Assembly: GCA_000182565.2 (NCBI GenBank)
Contig: KQ257454.1
Length of the DNA: 62,903 nt
Source: Spizellomyces punctatus DAOM BR117
Taxonomy: Eukaryota
Strand: one strand, 5' to 3'
Shown in pieces: positions 14,001 to 27,107 of the stretch (position 1 is the first letter of the stretch; every line of letters begins with the position of its first letter). Under the pieces are notes generated by a model. It did no database searches, was not told the origin of the DNA, and saw only the letters and a program-made list of their open reading frames with translations. The translations under genes were made by a program, and so were the position numbers.

Positions 14001-15369
14001 CCCGCAATGAGTTCTGCCATTCCCCTTTGGTCGGGCGTCGTCGTTTCCGCGCTTTCTTCCATTTGGAAGGACGCTTCTCGTTGTCGGCAAGGACGTCATC
14101 AATATCAGTGTGAGCCCTGCTTAAGTCATTGGCCATGTTGCTCCCCTCTTGATCTTTATTATCCTCTTTATGCTCATTGTAATACTCAACTAGTTCCGTA
14201 TTACCAACATGCCAAGTGTAATATCTTAGTTTCCATTTTTTTTGCTCTTCAGTTGAGGCGCCCGACTTTACAGCCCTCTGCCACATGGCCCTCCTCCATC
14301 GAATGACCTCGAGCGGGTTATATCGCAAATTTGGGGAAGATGTAAGGAGACAGATATGCGAATATCGTGTTTCAAAATATTGCTTGCATCGTGAAGAACG
14401 GTATAAAGTCTGCTGAGAAGCCTGAAAATTGGTTTCAGGTGCATCCTCAACAGGCCGATTGACGTCCGAGGGCTTCCGTTCCACGCTTGCTAATGTAATG
14501 TCAGCCTGGCCAGCCAACAGCGGTACCGAATCCGGTGTAGTGCTCGATGTTGTGCGTCTAGAAGCGTCTGTTGGCAGCGTCGCAACTGTGTGCGGGCTCC
14601 CCTTGACAGGGTCACGCTCAGTTTGCTTTTCTCGGTAATGCTGGGTAGAGAGATTCATCACTTGAAGCACGTATGGATCATCATCCGGAACGTTAGCCAG
14701 AACAGAATCTAGCGGGGAGGAAGTCCCGTCCAGTTTCGATGCAGCACTTAAGCTTTGGTGCGAATCGCGAGACGACTGAGAAATTAGCGACTGCGGATAC
14801 GACGAGCCACTGAGCGGGGACGAGCGGGGTGGGTGTCGAGGAAGACTATCTGCGCGACCCTCAGGTTCAGCTGGGAGTAAGAAAGCTGGGGTAGATTCCA
14901 ATAGCATTGGATAGTACGTGGAATTGGAGCTTCTCATGGAATAATTGGATACGCGACGGGAGCCAGGAGCACTGCTAATAAGAGCACGGTGGTCTCGGAG
15001 CGATGAAGAAGTAATAGGCTGGCCCGCGCTAAACTGTCGGTAGCTTGACCGCTGCGTAGGCTTACGGTATGGCCCGTAACTGCCTGCACTTCCTAGTCCT
15101 CCGTAGGACACTGGCGGCTGCCGCCGACGTAAAGCGGGCGCCGGGTCGCTCTCAGATGTGCCTTCAGTATCCGCAGTACTGTTCTCCAGAAGGTCATCAT
15201 CGTTTTCTCTGGTGGTTACACCAAAGTCAGAATCTGCTATCCCTTCACCGCCGTCGCTAGAGCTGTCGTCCCATTCGTCTGTGTCCAGCTCCGTTGTCGC
15301 TCCCAGTCGTCGACCCTCATACTGCTCCCGTAGTCCATCGTCGGTGGTCTTCTTCGCCTGCGAGCCCAT
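11002..15369 (-). CDS. Large low-complexity protein with C-terminal coiled coil and transmembrane segment, possibly Mtc4-like (multi-exon)
   Basis: 809-aa first exon containing RYNPLEVIRWRR; later exons in ORFs 12330-12977, 11813-12247 and 11522-11785; hydrophobic end ELYYQLIAYLL...VLGFTIWSWFQLWK. Family assignment is tentative. Confidence 0.6.
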
Positions 15370-15589
15370 ACTTCCACTACAGTCATGGTGCTGTCATGAG
15401 TTTACGGAGCCGACAGCTCAACCGTAGGCGGGTCCGCGTCGGAAGGCACGCTGATGGCCTTCAAACGCGGCATCTGTGTCACATTTACACGTGCAGTCAC
15501 GTGAACAAGACGAAATCGAAATCATCGCCTTGTTGCAAAAGTTTATTCCCACCGCGCTACAGGGTCCATTACTAGGAGGGGAACCGTCC

Positions 15590-16628
15590 ATGTCGAGGGA
15601 ATACGACGACAACGACGCTGGACGCAGCGATCGCCGTAGAAGGGGAAGCAGGAGTAGGAGTAGAAGCAGGAGTGGGAGCAGGAGTGGGAGCAGGAGCAGG
15701 AGCCGTAGAGCACCGAAGGAAGAAGTACGATCGCTGTTCATTCGCGGACTTTCTGACTCTACCAGGTAAATTACAGAATGAACCCTGATGGAGAGTAGTA
15801 TAACGTCACTTTCTGTGTGGCTGATTGGATCGCCTAGGTCGCAAGACCTGCTGGAGGCATTTCAGGTGAGTCTCACGTTGCGGTGGAGCCCAATCGTGGT
15901 GATCTGACTTGCCATTCCTCAGACGTATGGTACCGTTACGGATTGCTATCTCCCAAAAGATTATTACACTGGGAAGCCCAGAGGTTTTGCTTACATCCAG
16001 TGAGTTCCTTCATTTGCATTTGACTGGCATACCCGTCCATTACAGCCGTTAGTTGCGGACCGCTAATTTTTCTAATATCAATGTAACTAGATACGGCACA
16101 CAGGAAGAAGCGGATCGGGCGTTTTCAAAGATCGAATATATAACAATCAACGGTCGCACGGTAACAATCGAATGGGCCGCCGGACGCAGAAAAAGTAAGT
16201 GCTAACATTCAAGATGCGAAAGTTTCTTTGCAAAAGCTCTGTATAACATCGCATGCAGCTCCTGTAGAAATGCGTGGGCGGGGCCCCCGTCCCTCCAGAT
16301 ATAGGCCACGAGGAGGGTACGGATCTTGTTTATATTTACAAATCAGTCCAATGTTTACAGTGTACCTAACCTTGCCATCAAAACCCGCAGAACTCCTTCC
16401 CCACGGCGTCGGCGAAGGTCTAGATCCAGATCGCCAGCACGCTCCTATCGCCGCAGATACTCACGATCGCGCTCGAGGTCTCGCTCACGATCTCCTGCAA
16501 GGGGTCACAAAGACGCGAAGAGCGGCTATAACGAACGGAATGGACACCGTGAATTTGCCAAGGATCGTCGGGACGACGTTTCTCGCTCACGATCGCGATC
16601 AGGAACACGCTCAGCAAGCCGTGATTAG
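15590..16628 (+). CDS. SR-family splicing factor with one RRM and RS tracts
   Basis: RS repeats on both sides of an RRM: SLFIRGL (RNP2), CYLPKDYYTGKPRGFAYIQY (RNP1), INGRTVTIEWAAGRRK. Confidence 0.9.
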
Positions 16629-16787
16629 ACGAGTTTGCTGTCGAGTAAATGTGTTCGGTGCGGATGTAGGTATTGCGACCTTATGTAGCAGTAGCATAGT
16701 TGTGAACGCTTGCTGGCTTGGCGTTGCGATGAATGAAGAATCTATTTGGTGTGTCGCCGCCGTGGGATTCTCATGTTCCGTCATCGT

Positions 16788-18518
16788 TCAGGTGCCATTT
16801 GCAAATGCCTTGGAAAATCCTTTGTGCATATCTCTCTGGTATACGCGCTCCTGGCTATCTGCCATGTCTTTCGCGTCTACCCGGCTAGATGCCGCGTTCC
16901 GTACAGCCTGCGCGGCGCCTTCTTTCTGCCGGACTTCCATCTGACGACCATGGTTGGACACAAGTTTTTCGGTAACCTGTAAATTCCGCTCTTGCATCCT
17001 TAACTTTCTTTCAAGTTCTTCGATTTGCCGCCTGAGCTCGTTCTCTCTTTCCACAAGAGTGCCTCTCACCTTTTCGGCCATTACAAGATCCTCCCTAGCG
17101 CGTTTCAGAGCACCTACTGTGCGACGCAGTTCAGAACGAGCTTTGCCTGCACGTTCATTTGTGGAGTTACAGGTCTGCGACAAATGAGTCAGGGCCGCAT
17201 GGAGTGTGCTAAAGGCAGACGCAAGAGCAGCGATTTTGGTGGAGGGTGATGCTGACCTGGATGGAGGGTTCGGTGGAGGTGATATTGGCTGTGTCCTTGC
17301 AGCTGTTCCAACGTGATCGGCAGATGGAGAAGATTCTCCGTACAATCGCTCGTCGGAAGCCACGTCGGAGAGAATCGATCGATGGACTGAATCCGCTAGC
17401 TCATGGAGACGTTGTCTAAGCTCTTCATACTCTTCTTGAATTAATTCCCTAGGGCCACGCCAAAAGCTCTCACTTGCATCGCTTTCCTCAGTCTGTGTTG
17501 TTGCTTCAGACGCTTTGCAACGCTTGTCCCGTTCCTTTATCAAGTCCTGCATGACATTATCTTTAGCCTTTGCCAGTTCCGGGTCTAAATGCGGATTCTT
17601 ATCCGTTGTGATTTCACTCTTAGAATTCTGATGAACATATTCAGCACCAGCAGTGCGTCTTGCAAGACTTTCATAGGCACGCAATCGCAGATCCTTGGCT
17701 TCAGCAAGTTCTTGCGCCATTCGCAACTGCAGGTTAAAGGCTTCCTTGTCGGCCGTCGCCGTCGCCTGCACCTGTTCAAGACGCTCTTGAAGCTGCTTGA
17801 TCTTCTGCTTCATGGCAAATAAAAGTCTGCGATAATCTTTCCGTGGGTCACTAGAGGGTGCTTGGCTGCCGCTGTCGGGAGTGTCATGTTCCTTAGGTCC
17901 TCCAGCGGCATGGGCAAAGAAATTTCGTACGACAACTGGCGTCTCCTCATATCGCTCATCAGTGCAACCCTTTTTGCCTTCTGGAGAAGAGGTACGAGTG
18001 TCGGCGGATACTTCCTTGGGTTGCTCAGCGTTCGTGTATTGTATGGGAATTGGTGAAGGAGAAGTTGAAGTTTCTCCTCGCGATGGCGATACCGGTGAAC
18101 CAGCTTGACGCACGCGGTCCCAAGCAGCATCGTACTTTCGTGCAGCTAGCTTCCTCTTCAGATCTGCAATTTCTTGGTCCTTTGCCTCTAGGAGTCCCGT
18201 TAACTTCACAATACGCTCTCCTTCTTCCAGATGAGATAAATCATATGTCAAGCTTGCATTAGCTTCCGTGCTACGGGCAGCGTGGGCCTTTGTCGTGGAC
18301 CGTGCAAAACGAGATATAGGTGTGGTAGCATGGGCAGAAAGGTATGTCTGCATGTCGATGTGTGACAGATCGTGCCATTTGGAGGTTTGTTTGTCGCGAG
18401 ACTCGAACTCGGGAGGCACACATGCCACACAAGCTGTTGCTGTGGGGACGTGATGAGGTAAACGAGCGATCAGTGACAAATTCAAATTGCACTGCACTCC
18501 CCTCCAAAACCACAGCAT
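16788..18518 (-). CDS. Uncharacterised coiled-coil protein (true start may be the ATG near 18353)
   Basis: 576-codon uninterrupted ORF with several heptad-rich E/K/R/L segments. Confidence 0.7.
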   Translation of the reverse strand: MLWFWRGVQCNLNLSLIARLPHHVPTATACVACVPPEFESRDKQTSKWHDLSHIDMQTYLSAHATTPISRFARSTTKAHAARSTEANASLTYDLSHLEEGERIVKLTGLLEAKDQEIADLKRKLAARKYDAAWDRVRQAGSPVSPSRGETSTSPSPIPIQYTNAEQPKEVSADTRTSSPEGKKGCTDERYEETPVVVRNFFAHAAGGPKEHDTPDSGSQAPSSDPRKDYRRLLFAMKQKIKQLQERLEQVQATATADKEAFNLQLRMAQELAEAKDLRLRAYESLARRTAGAEYVHQNSKSEITTDKNPHLDPELAKAKDNVMQDLIKERDKRCKASEATTQTEESDASESFWRGPRELIQEEYEELRQRLHELADSVHRSILSDVASDERLYGESSPSADHVGTAARTQPISPPPNPPSRSASPSTKIAALASAFSTLHAALTHLSQTCNSTNERAGKARSELRRTVGALKRAREDLVMAEKVRGTLVERENELRRQIEELERKLRMQERNLQVTEKLVSNHGRQMEVRQKEGAAQAVRNAASSRVDAKDMADSQERVYQRDMHKGFSKAFANGT

Positions 18519-18528
18519 TTTCTAAACA

Positions 18529-19320
18529 ATGAGCAACAAGCTGAACGCCAATCCCGTTATATACGAAGTTTCGAAAAACGTCGGTCGTATTAGAAAGCCG
18601 GAGGATGAGGATGAATCAGTTGCCGATCCTTTTGACAGCGAAGAGATATTTGGTACGTTGGCCATTTCGCTTTCACAGCTAGATCTCGCTTGTGCTGACT
18701 CCACAATAGAGCTTATTCGACACATCAACGACCCCGAGCATCCTGTAAGAGCGCCATTGACGTTCGCTGCATTTTCAGATCGTAAAGTGTTCTAAAATTG
18801 TTGCATACAGCTCACCCTTGAACAGCTGAATGTAACCCAGCAAGAATTGATATCTATCGATAATGACAAGCATCATATCTTGGTTCGGTTCACACCTACC
18901 ATTCCCCATTGCTCAATGGCAACGTTAATTGGACTGTGCATCAGAGTTCGGTTATTGCGGTCTCTTCCTGAACGTTACAAGGTGCATTTGTGGACTAATC
19001 GTAAGATTCTATGTCAAAGAGCTTACGCACTCTGACTTGGTAGGTGGATATCCGAGTCTCTGAAGGATCGCATCAATCTGAGCACGCAGGTATGCTTTCT
19101 AAAAAGCGGTCCCTCATCGGTCGGCCTGATACTGATTAGTGTTTTTGGAAATGTAGTCAACAAGCAACTCAATGATAAAGAGCGGGTTGCAGCGGCGCTG
19201 GAGAACAGCCATTTGCTCGAGGTTGTAAATCAGGTATATAACGACATTGCTTTCTGGTCCAATTACTGCGAATCATTTATAAGTTGACCACAGTGCCTCG
19301 CCACGACCATTGACAAGTGA
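18529..19320 (+). CDS. CIA2: Cytosolic Fe-S assembly factor CIA2/FAM96B (MIP18)
   Basis: [61 protein letters not shown]. Confidence 0.95.
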
Positions 19321-19599
19321 AAGCGAACGCCTGTCTCTCGATATCATTTCATGTCCATAATTTTCTGTTTGCATATTTATATCATGCGCTGATATTGCAA
19401 AATATGAACTATATTACATTGAGTTCTGCGAAACGCTTCGCGGCGACTCTCTCACGTAGAATAATTAACCAGAATTGAGCTAGCACTAGTGAACAAGTCA
19501 CAAGGCTGTTAGGGCAATAATAGTATATTGTCAGTATTTCGATCGGAATTTGCCGCGTTGTACAGGATAAGATACGGCAGAGCATTCTGTGGTCGTAGC

Positions 19600-21165
19600 T
19601 CATCCATCGGGATGCAATTGCTGATACTGAGCAATGATATCTTCTCTTGTAAGATTTTTCGCCAAACCTTCTTCGAGGCCCTCGTGGTTCCCATCACTTG
19701 GCGAGAGATCTGACGTTTCTGATCTACCCTGCCGATATGACCGCTCCCACACTCGCAAAGCTTTCTCGAGATCCTTTACATCGAGGTACATTTTTATCAT
19801 GCCTTGCACAGCGCTGCGCAGTACCGGCTTGCCCTTTTCCTGACAGTCCCTTCTGATGGCCTCGAAAAGAGCCTCCGCCTCCGCTACTTCACTTGCATTT
19901 GTGTAAGCAATCAAAAGTGAAGTCCGCAGCTTCATGAGCTTTCCACTCCCAGGTGTGGCAGAGAGGCGTTCTTGAGCGGTTTCAAACATCTCCCTCGCGC
20001 GTTGCAGATTTCCTGCTCTGCCATGAATCGTGATCATCTGCCCATACATTACAACATTTGGGCGGAAGCCCCGCTGATGTAACTCTTTCCAATAATAATC
20101 TGCAGTAGAAGGGTCATTCTTGCCGACGCACATTTTCAATAAAATGGTGTAGGTACGCAACAAATGTCTTGATGAACGATTTCCTTCTCCCGCGAGTGCC
20201 CCGCCCGGCTCTAGGTAGCTGCCAAAGAACTTTTGAGCTTCGCCGAAAGCCTCAGCATTCACCAGGGCAGAAAGGAAAGCATTATCCAATTGCAACTTAG
20301 GGTCATGCCCTATATGCTCCTTTCGGAGGTTTTGAGCACGTCCCTCACTTCCCTTCGTCAAATCCCTCAAATCCAGATTATCCAACGCCGTCTGGTACAT
20401 CGTCTTGATTGTTTCCAGTTGACCAAGTCTGCCGAAAATCTCCAAGGCCCTCAAATAGGATTCCAAATTGGGTCGCACCCCTCGGTGAAGCATATCCCTC
20501 CAGAGTTCTGCACCCCGCTGTAGTTGACCTATACCCCGAGGCATCCCATGCAACTCCAGTAGCGCATTATATGCCTCAACAGTTACTGGCAATTTTCGTT
20601 CAAGCATTTCCTCGTATGCGCGAGAAGCAAGTTCTAGATCTCGCCATTTTGTGCAGCACTGTAGAAGGGCGGTGAACATGAGGGGGGATGGAGAGTACCC
20701 AAAACGACGCAGGTTGGATAGCACGTCTAGAATGACATCGCGGTATAGGAGTGAGTCTGCAAGGAGAAGATGGAATAGTTCGTGATAGTCTTGATATTTT
20801 AGACGAGCGACCAAGTCATTTTCTTTGAGAACAGTGTAAACACGAACGGCTTCCTCCGGTTGTTTCGTCTTCAATAGATCCCGCAAAAGCTCGATTTTCT
20901 CCCAACCGGAGAGATGCCGAAGACGGTCGAGATTTATTTTAACCACACGATAACGTGGTATCTTGGGCGCTTCATCTTCGGGCTCGCGGGTCCGACGTCG
21001 TCGGTGTTGGGAAGGCACTTTTGTGTTCGGCTTCGTCGGCGTTTGCGCGAGCCCAACTGCGGGGCTTGAAGAGAAACTCACGCAGAGGGATGTACACCCC
21101 GTGAGTCTTGCAGGAGCACATGTATGCCGATATATCCTGCTTCCGAGGCATACTGTTCGATGCAT
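19600..21165 (-). CDS. Pentatricopeptide repeat protein, probably mitochondrial
   Basis: Repeated ~35-aa PPR units (PSPLMFTALLQCC, VTVEAYNALLE, RPNLESY, RPNVVMYGQMI); basic, hydroxyl-rich N-terminus. Confidence 0.85.
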   Translation of the reverse strand: MHRTVCLGSRIYRHTCAPARLTGCTSLCVSFSSSPAVGLAQTPTKPNTKVPSQHRRRRTREPEDEAPKIPRYRVVKINLDRLRHLSGWEKIELLRDLLKTKQPEEAVRVYTVLKENDLVARLKYQDYHELFHLLLADSLLYRDVILDVLSNLRRFGYSPSPLMFTALLQCCTKWRDLELASRAYEEMLERKLPVTVEAYNALLELHGMPRGIGQLQRGAELWRDMLHRGVRPNLESYLRALEIFGRLGQLETIKTMYQTALDNLDLRDLTKGSEGRAQNLRKEHIGHDPKLQLDNAFLSALVNAEAFGEAQKFFGSYLEPGGALAGEGNRSSRHLLRTYTILLKMCVGKNDPSTADYYWKELHQRGFRPNVVMYGQMITIHGRAGNLQRAREMFETAQERLSATPGSGKLMKLRTSLLIAYTNASEVAEAEALFEAIRRDCQEKGKPVLRSAVQGMIKMYLDVKDLEKALRVWERSYRQGRSETSDLSPSDGNHEGLEEGLAKNLTREDIIAQYQQLHPDG

Positions 21166-21889
21166 TCTGAAGAACTTCTACCTGAAAAGCTGTGACTTGC
21201 GGGTTCTGCGAATTGCCAGTTGGGCAGAGATGCCATGACAACAGCATAATCATACCTGATTTGGTCAAATGAATGGTCGTTCGTCAGCATCAATCGGAGC
21301 ATCAAACTCATCGGCTCTCGTCCTTCCCCGACGTCAATACAAGGCCAGTAAAAATGGATAGAACTTCTATCCGCAGAGATGTGCGAAAGCATAAGGAAAC
21401 ACATATTGAATAATCTGGGAGCAATGGGCCGCGGCAGACAGAATTCATCGTTAATATAGCATCTTGGCAGCGATATCTTCTGGAGTTAACGAACCAGCCG
21501 TTGTCCTCCACATTGCCAAAGTCAACATGCATAGTATTCTTGGCATTTGAATAGCGGGTAGATCATTAATTTATTGTTTTTAGCAGTATTTACTGAAATT
21601 TAGCCCAAGCAAAGAACTATCTCCCAACTTCTCCTATAGTACCTTGCCATTGGTTCTACTTGCCATACTAACAATGTGAACACCATAAATAATAGCATCA
21701 AGGCAAATAGGGACAGCACATTCATTATCATGCTTTACAGCATAAATATCAGCTGTAATAGCAGAAAGGAACATTGGCAAAACACATTTTTCATCGCTAG
21801 CTTGCTATTCACTAATAAAAAAGTGGATGAATGGTCCTATCTAATCTACGGAGGCAAGCTCCGCCAAGTATTTAATAGGTAACAAGTAA

Positions 21890-24402
21890 TCAGGTGGGAT
21901 CAATCCTTTCTTGACCACGTAGCCCACCGCTTCCAATATCCATCTTGGCACTTCTTGCACCAAATTGCACCGCTCGTTTTGGTTCCGTGCTTGCCCGGTC
22001 CAAGCCGAACCGGGTTAAAGATAGTTGTCGCAAGAGCAGCTTTTCTCCCACACCCCTGGGTAAGCGGGGGTCTGCCTTCAGATGTATGGGCATGGCAGAG
22101 AGACATGCCAGCACTTCCTCTGCAAGATACGGGAAGCGGACCTCCTTGCCGTGATCTGAAATGATGCGGTCATCCCTCCCCAGATTACGATTTGCGATTC
22201 TCTCAACGTCTAACTGAACCTCGTCTACCAATCCTGCCCAGCCTTTTGCTTCAAACGCTGCACGATGTCGACTATATCCAGCAAGCTAGCAAAGCAAGGG
22301 GCCCTTTAGTAAATAAAACAACGAGGGAGTTCCAATGTTGCCGGCATTTTTCTACCAGATCTATGTACCTGCTCATCCGCACCGAGGCCACTGAAAAGCA
22401 CCTTCGCCTTGCTAATGTATGGTTGCCTCTGCTGCACATATGTAGAACCCATCAATAAACAGATGCCAGTCACCAAGAGTATTCCTTTGCAAAAACTCCA
22501 TTGTCTTACCTCCCCTGGATTTGCTATGTGGCCTGTTCGGATGATCTAGTTTCAGTATCAATTTTAATTTTGAACAGGTGACAATTACGAACCAACTCCT
22601 CGAGCGCCAAACCAAAAGGCGATTGCGATACTCTAAGCATCAAAATATCAGTTTTGCTTGAGAACTGTTCAGCAGTGTTTCGAAGCTCTTACCAAGTCCA
22701 TCACTGTATCTAACGGCTTCATCAACTCCATTACCCTTTGTCTTGCCGCAACTGCTTCCGCATAAGGAACATCAATTTCCACAAATCGCCAAGGTCGATT
22801 CGGGAAGAGTTTCGTCAGTTCAGCAACCCCGGAGCGGCCAGTTCGCCGATCTGGCACATTATAAATGGACGAATCATGTGCTTCAGACAATGCAACTTCT
22901 ATCGAAAGTCCACGTTTGCCAGATGGTCGAGATTTGCCCTTTGCTCGCTGTATTCGTGGATTTTCAAATGCAAGATTAAGCAGATCGCAAGGTTCGCCAT
23001 TAGGTAAATAGCGATCCGCCAATGCAGCAAGACAAATGCAATCTAAGCCACCCGAGAACAGAATTGCTAGCCGTGCGTCCTGTATGGAGCTATCGGTCAA
23101 TTAAGATATATAAGCTGACGGCTCCCTGGCTAGAGCAACTGCCTACGTACTTTGTTGTGGGTATATTCTCCACTCGCAGGCGAACGGCTTCCGCTAGTAC
23201 CTGTTCTAGGGTATCTACGGCTTCGTCCATCCGTGGGAACAGCTTCAAAGGCGGTAGTGATAAACCGGCTCCGTCATGCTGGTTCAGACATGCGATTTCC
23301 GGAGATTCAGGTAGTCGCAGGTTGAGGCGTCCAAATGGCGCTACCTATTGGTTGGAAGTTTAATTAACCATACGTTCGACAGGCAGATGATCTTTGAGTT
23401 ACCCACCAATGGTGCCAAATCGGGTACCGCGTGTGGTGAAGTTTGGGCACTCAGTGTTGTATCATATTGCCAGGGATGTCGTGTCAAGGTGTGACGAATC
23501 GGCTTTTGAGATGCAAATGCCATGAGAATGTCCAGTCAAAAAAATCTCCCTTTCAAAACACGTAGCCACTGCACCTTTTGTGTGGCCAGATCTTTCAGTT
23601 GCAAGCAATATAGCCCATCAGCCGGCACCTCCTCCCAACTGGAATCCAAGTCATTACTCGCCAACACGTCATCCAAAGCAGCGACGGATGCAAGTAACAG
23701 CGTCTGTTCTTCAGTGTTCGATCTCCACTGCCATAAGAGCGATCGCCGGCCCAACACATCTCGCCCAAAGTATAGGCGCTTAGTAGTCGCTTGCCAGTAC
23801 ACCATCGCCCATGGACCACGGACGGCAGAAATACATGCTAGTAGCCGGCGTTCAGTGTCATGAACTGTTGCCGATGACTCGACAGCAGTTAGGAGCATAC
23901 GGGAAAAGGCTTCCGTGTCATTCTCGTCCGGAGCGACCTTAAGAGGAAGACCACAAGTGACACAGGTTAGGCATCTTTCAACCAGCAATGATGCTCGTAT
24001 CCATTTCAAACAAACGGGATCGTACCTCAAGGCCACCAAAGACCTCCCCATTAAAGCACAGGACATTGCCCTGCTTATCGACTATCGGCTGTGGAACAGG
24101 TTCTTTACCACGAAGGTGCAATGTCCACCCGTGTAGCTCGGCGTGAAAGCCCGGCTCAAGAGTCCAGGAATGAGAAGCGTGGGCGTTGGGACCTGTTTGA
24201 GAATATAAGAAAATGTCAAGACCAGCAAGCAGACTCCAAAACATTACTTTACCGCGACGTGCATTGCAATGGTGAAGCGCTTCCCACTGCGGTAAGGCCT
24301 GTATTCATGTCAGATGTCGAGTAAAGTAAACTATGCAACGCTCCAAATGCACACCTGGCCTGGAATCTCCCCAGAAGAGAGACAAAAGACGATTCCACAC
24401 AT
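21890..24402 (-). CDS. ASNSD1: Asparagine synthetase domain-containing protein 1 (multi-exon)
   Basis: MCGI start, LHLRG, LCFNGEVFGG, LYFGRDVLGRRSLL, AILFSGGLDC, RNLGRDDRIISDHGKEVRFPYL, PKRAVQFGARSAKM. Confidence 0.93.
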
Positions 24403-24825
24403 GAAAGGTCGGAGGCAAGCGAAAAGCCTTGCTGACGAGAACAGTTTGGCTTTTCCCTCCCATGCATGGCTGTGCCACTCATCTCCATAGCAACAAACCA
24501 CTAATATCATCAAACGTCATTTGTCACAATTAATGAAGGTCACCGTGTTTCATCAAGTCTCAGCCAAAAAAGCGACGGAGGTTCTTGGGGGGCGAGGGCT
24601 TTGAATTTGGGAACCCAGCAGATTTTCTCCCGTCGAACAGAATCTCTAGATTGGAAGCAACGATAAACCAAGCAACGGAGAGGCGTTCGTTTATGTGAAA
24701 ACGTTTGCCTTGTGCGTACCCATCCCGCCCGAGACTTGCTCTGCTTCTCCCACGGCGGACAGTGTGTGCATTGAAGCCGACGTTACCAAATCGCCTGGCG
24801 AGGCCTTTGTTTGCCTGGGGACTTT

Positions 24826-26612
24826 ATGATTGGGACTATCAGCGCCTTCCTTTTAATCGCGTGTCTTCCTTCCATGGCCCAGACAGCAACCCCGCCGTAC
24901 ATTCACTTGTCCCAAGTCGCCCCAGTACCGGGAGGCAATATCGCATCGTTCCCCGTGAAAGGGAACATGTGGAGGGCGCCCGGTACGCCTCTTGAAGGTT
25001 TGTTACCTAATAAAGATGGATTACCGGTAGGTACTGCGGTTCATTATCTCGAGAGTTGTGATTGGGCCATCTTGCTGACATCGAGGGCTAATTCGGCTGG
25101 GTAGGGGATCCTTCAAGATTTTCGGGATGCGTGCAACCAAACAGAAGTTGCTGCCACCATATCTAAACTCAAAGAGATATCAAGCGATATTATTGCTCTT
25201 GTGGACAACGTCCCGTCTGGGATACCGCCGTGCAACGCATCCGTAAAATTTGCCAATTTGGGCCAAGATGTCAAAGGCGTGGTGCTTGCACTTGGACTAG
25301 CAACCGATCGTCCGACGGAACCATTGTCCGTCGCAAACTATCCTGTCTACCGCATAGATGCAGTGACATATTCTCGGATACAGGACGAAGTCATAAAGTC
25401 TACTCCACCCGATCAAATTGTTCGCGCCATCTTGTTTCCGGCAGATCTCACTCCGAACATTTGGCAGTTTGTCTTGATCGTTGTCGTCGTATTACTGGGT
25501 GTCTCATTCGTCACCTCAGTCATCATGCACTTTTGGCTTTTCCGAAGAAGGCGTCTCGCTGAGGGGCAGCTGGGTGCGGGCGGAGCGGCTGACGCGCCAT
25601 GGGAGATGAGAGTGCATACCTTAGATATGTCCGTTGTACAAAGTTTCCCAACCAAGGTATACGATTCAACCGAAGCAAAATTGGAAAGAGAGAGCAAGCG
25701 CAGAGGTAGAAAGGCGCCCAAAGTGCAGATCATTGAGACGCAGAACTCTGACGAAGATTTGGCCGCGTTACCTCCACCTGTTGACCAACCGATAAAGGGT
25801 ATGAAAGTGGAAGGTATGCCTATGGACGTGCCAGGTGGATCCATGGCTACCCTCGTCGGTGAGGACGACAATATCCCGCATCTCTCGCGGAAGTCATCCA
25901 CGAGGTCTGTTCGTACAACTGCATCAGTTCGCACAGTGGAGGGTGGGATATCTGCAGATACATGTGCCATATGCTTGGACGAATATGAGGATGGTGTCAT
26001 ACTGCGAGAATTGCCGTGTAAGCACCTGTTCCATGCAGAATGCATAGGTGAGTATCCTGCATTGGAGTGCGAGCGGACAGGCGATTCATATTAATATTTT
26101 CTGAAATGTGTTTAGATCAATGGCTAACTCAGCAGTCCTCACAATGCCCAATGTGCAAGGAAGACGCAACTCCGGAGCATATCAGACTTGAAATGGAAAA
26201 GCGGGGTATCGGCATCGGTTTTAACCTGCAGGATCTGGAAATGGGCCGATTGCCTACGCAAGAACGCTCTGTGCCAGAAACAGGGTCAGTTCCCGCACAG
26301 GCGGCGCAGGAGGTGGATGCCAACCGGCTTGTGATACCTCCATGGCATAATGTTCGGAATGTACGAGTGTCCGGACAGCAGCCTCTGTTTATCGCGCCTA
26401 CTCTGGTAGACCGCTTAGCTCAGGTATCAAACTCGCCAACATCACCAACAACACCTTCACTGCCCGTCGTACCCACTGTGCTGGAAGAAAATGATGGGTG
26501 GGGGATTGTAGACGGACATGAGTCTATTGACGCCACCGGTGTCAGTAGTCCACTGGACACGATATCAACGGCGCGTGACGAAGAGCCCCCAAAGAAACCA
26601 TTGGGATCATAG
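24826..26612 (+). CDS. Signal peptide/TM/RING-H2 E3 ubiquitin ligase (PA-TM-RING-like)
   Basis: N-terminal hydrophobic signal, [35 protein letters not shown]2 CAICLDEY...[16 protein letters not shown]...CPMCK. Confidence 0.88.
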
Positions 26613-27107
26613 TCGATCATCCATGCTATTCCACAGCAGTCAATAACTAGATATTTTTTGGATTTCATCGATGAGTGCGTAAAGGGGTCTTTTCTTGTAT
26701 ATGCTTTTTTGGGCCATTAGTTCTGGGGGTGTTTGTTTGTAGTAACGATTTGATGTTTAAAAAAGTTTTTGCAACAGTAATGTTTCCAGCCGAGCATGTG
26801 CCATAGCCAATCCCCATAGCCATTCTCGCCATATCTAATCATGTGCAATCACGTTGCAATAGTTTCCTAAAATAGTAAAATTACGTATGTCTTCATTTGT
26901 GGTGATAACAAGAAAATAAATCAAAATCTGCGCCGTTTGGTTTGCCGTTCGTGGCGGTGAGTCGTTGAAAGCTTGGCGCGGGGCGTGACGGACAACGATT
27001 TGCATTTGTCGACGAGAATAGAATTTAAGCTGTCGGGATCAGGTCTTCTTGCATTGAACAAAAACGCATGTGAGGCATTTGGCCCCCTCCCCCTGTTCAC
27101 CTCACAA

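Noticed and set aside
15640-15706. Purine-rich short tandem repeat (AGGAGT/AGGAGC)
   Set aside because: It simply encodes the RS domain of the SR protein.
21200-21880. Possible small gene between the PPR gene and ASNSD1
   Set aside because: Only short ORFs with no recognisable motif or consistent exon structure.
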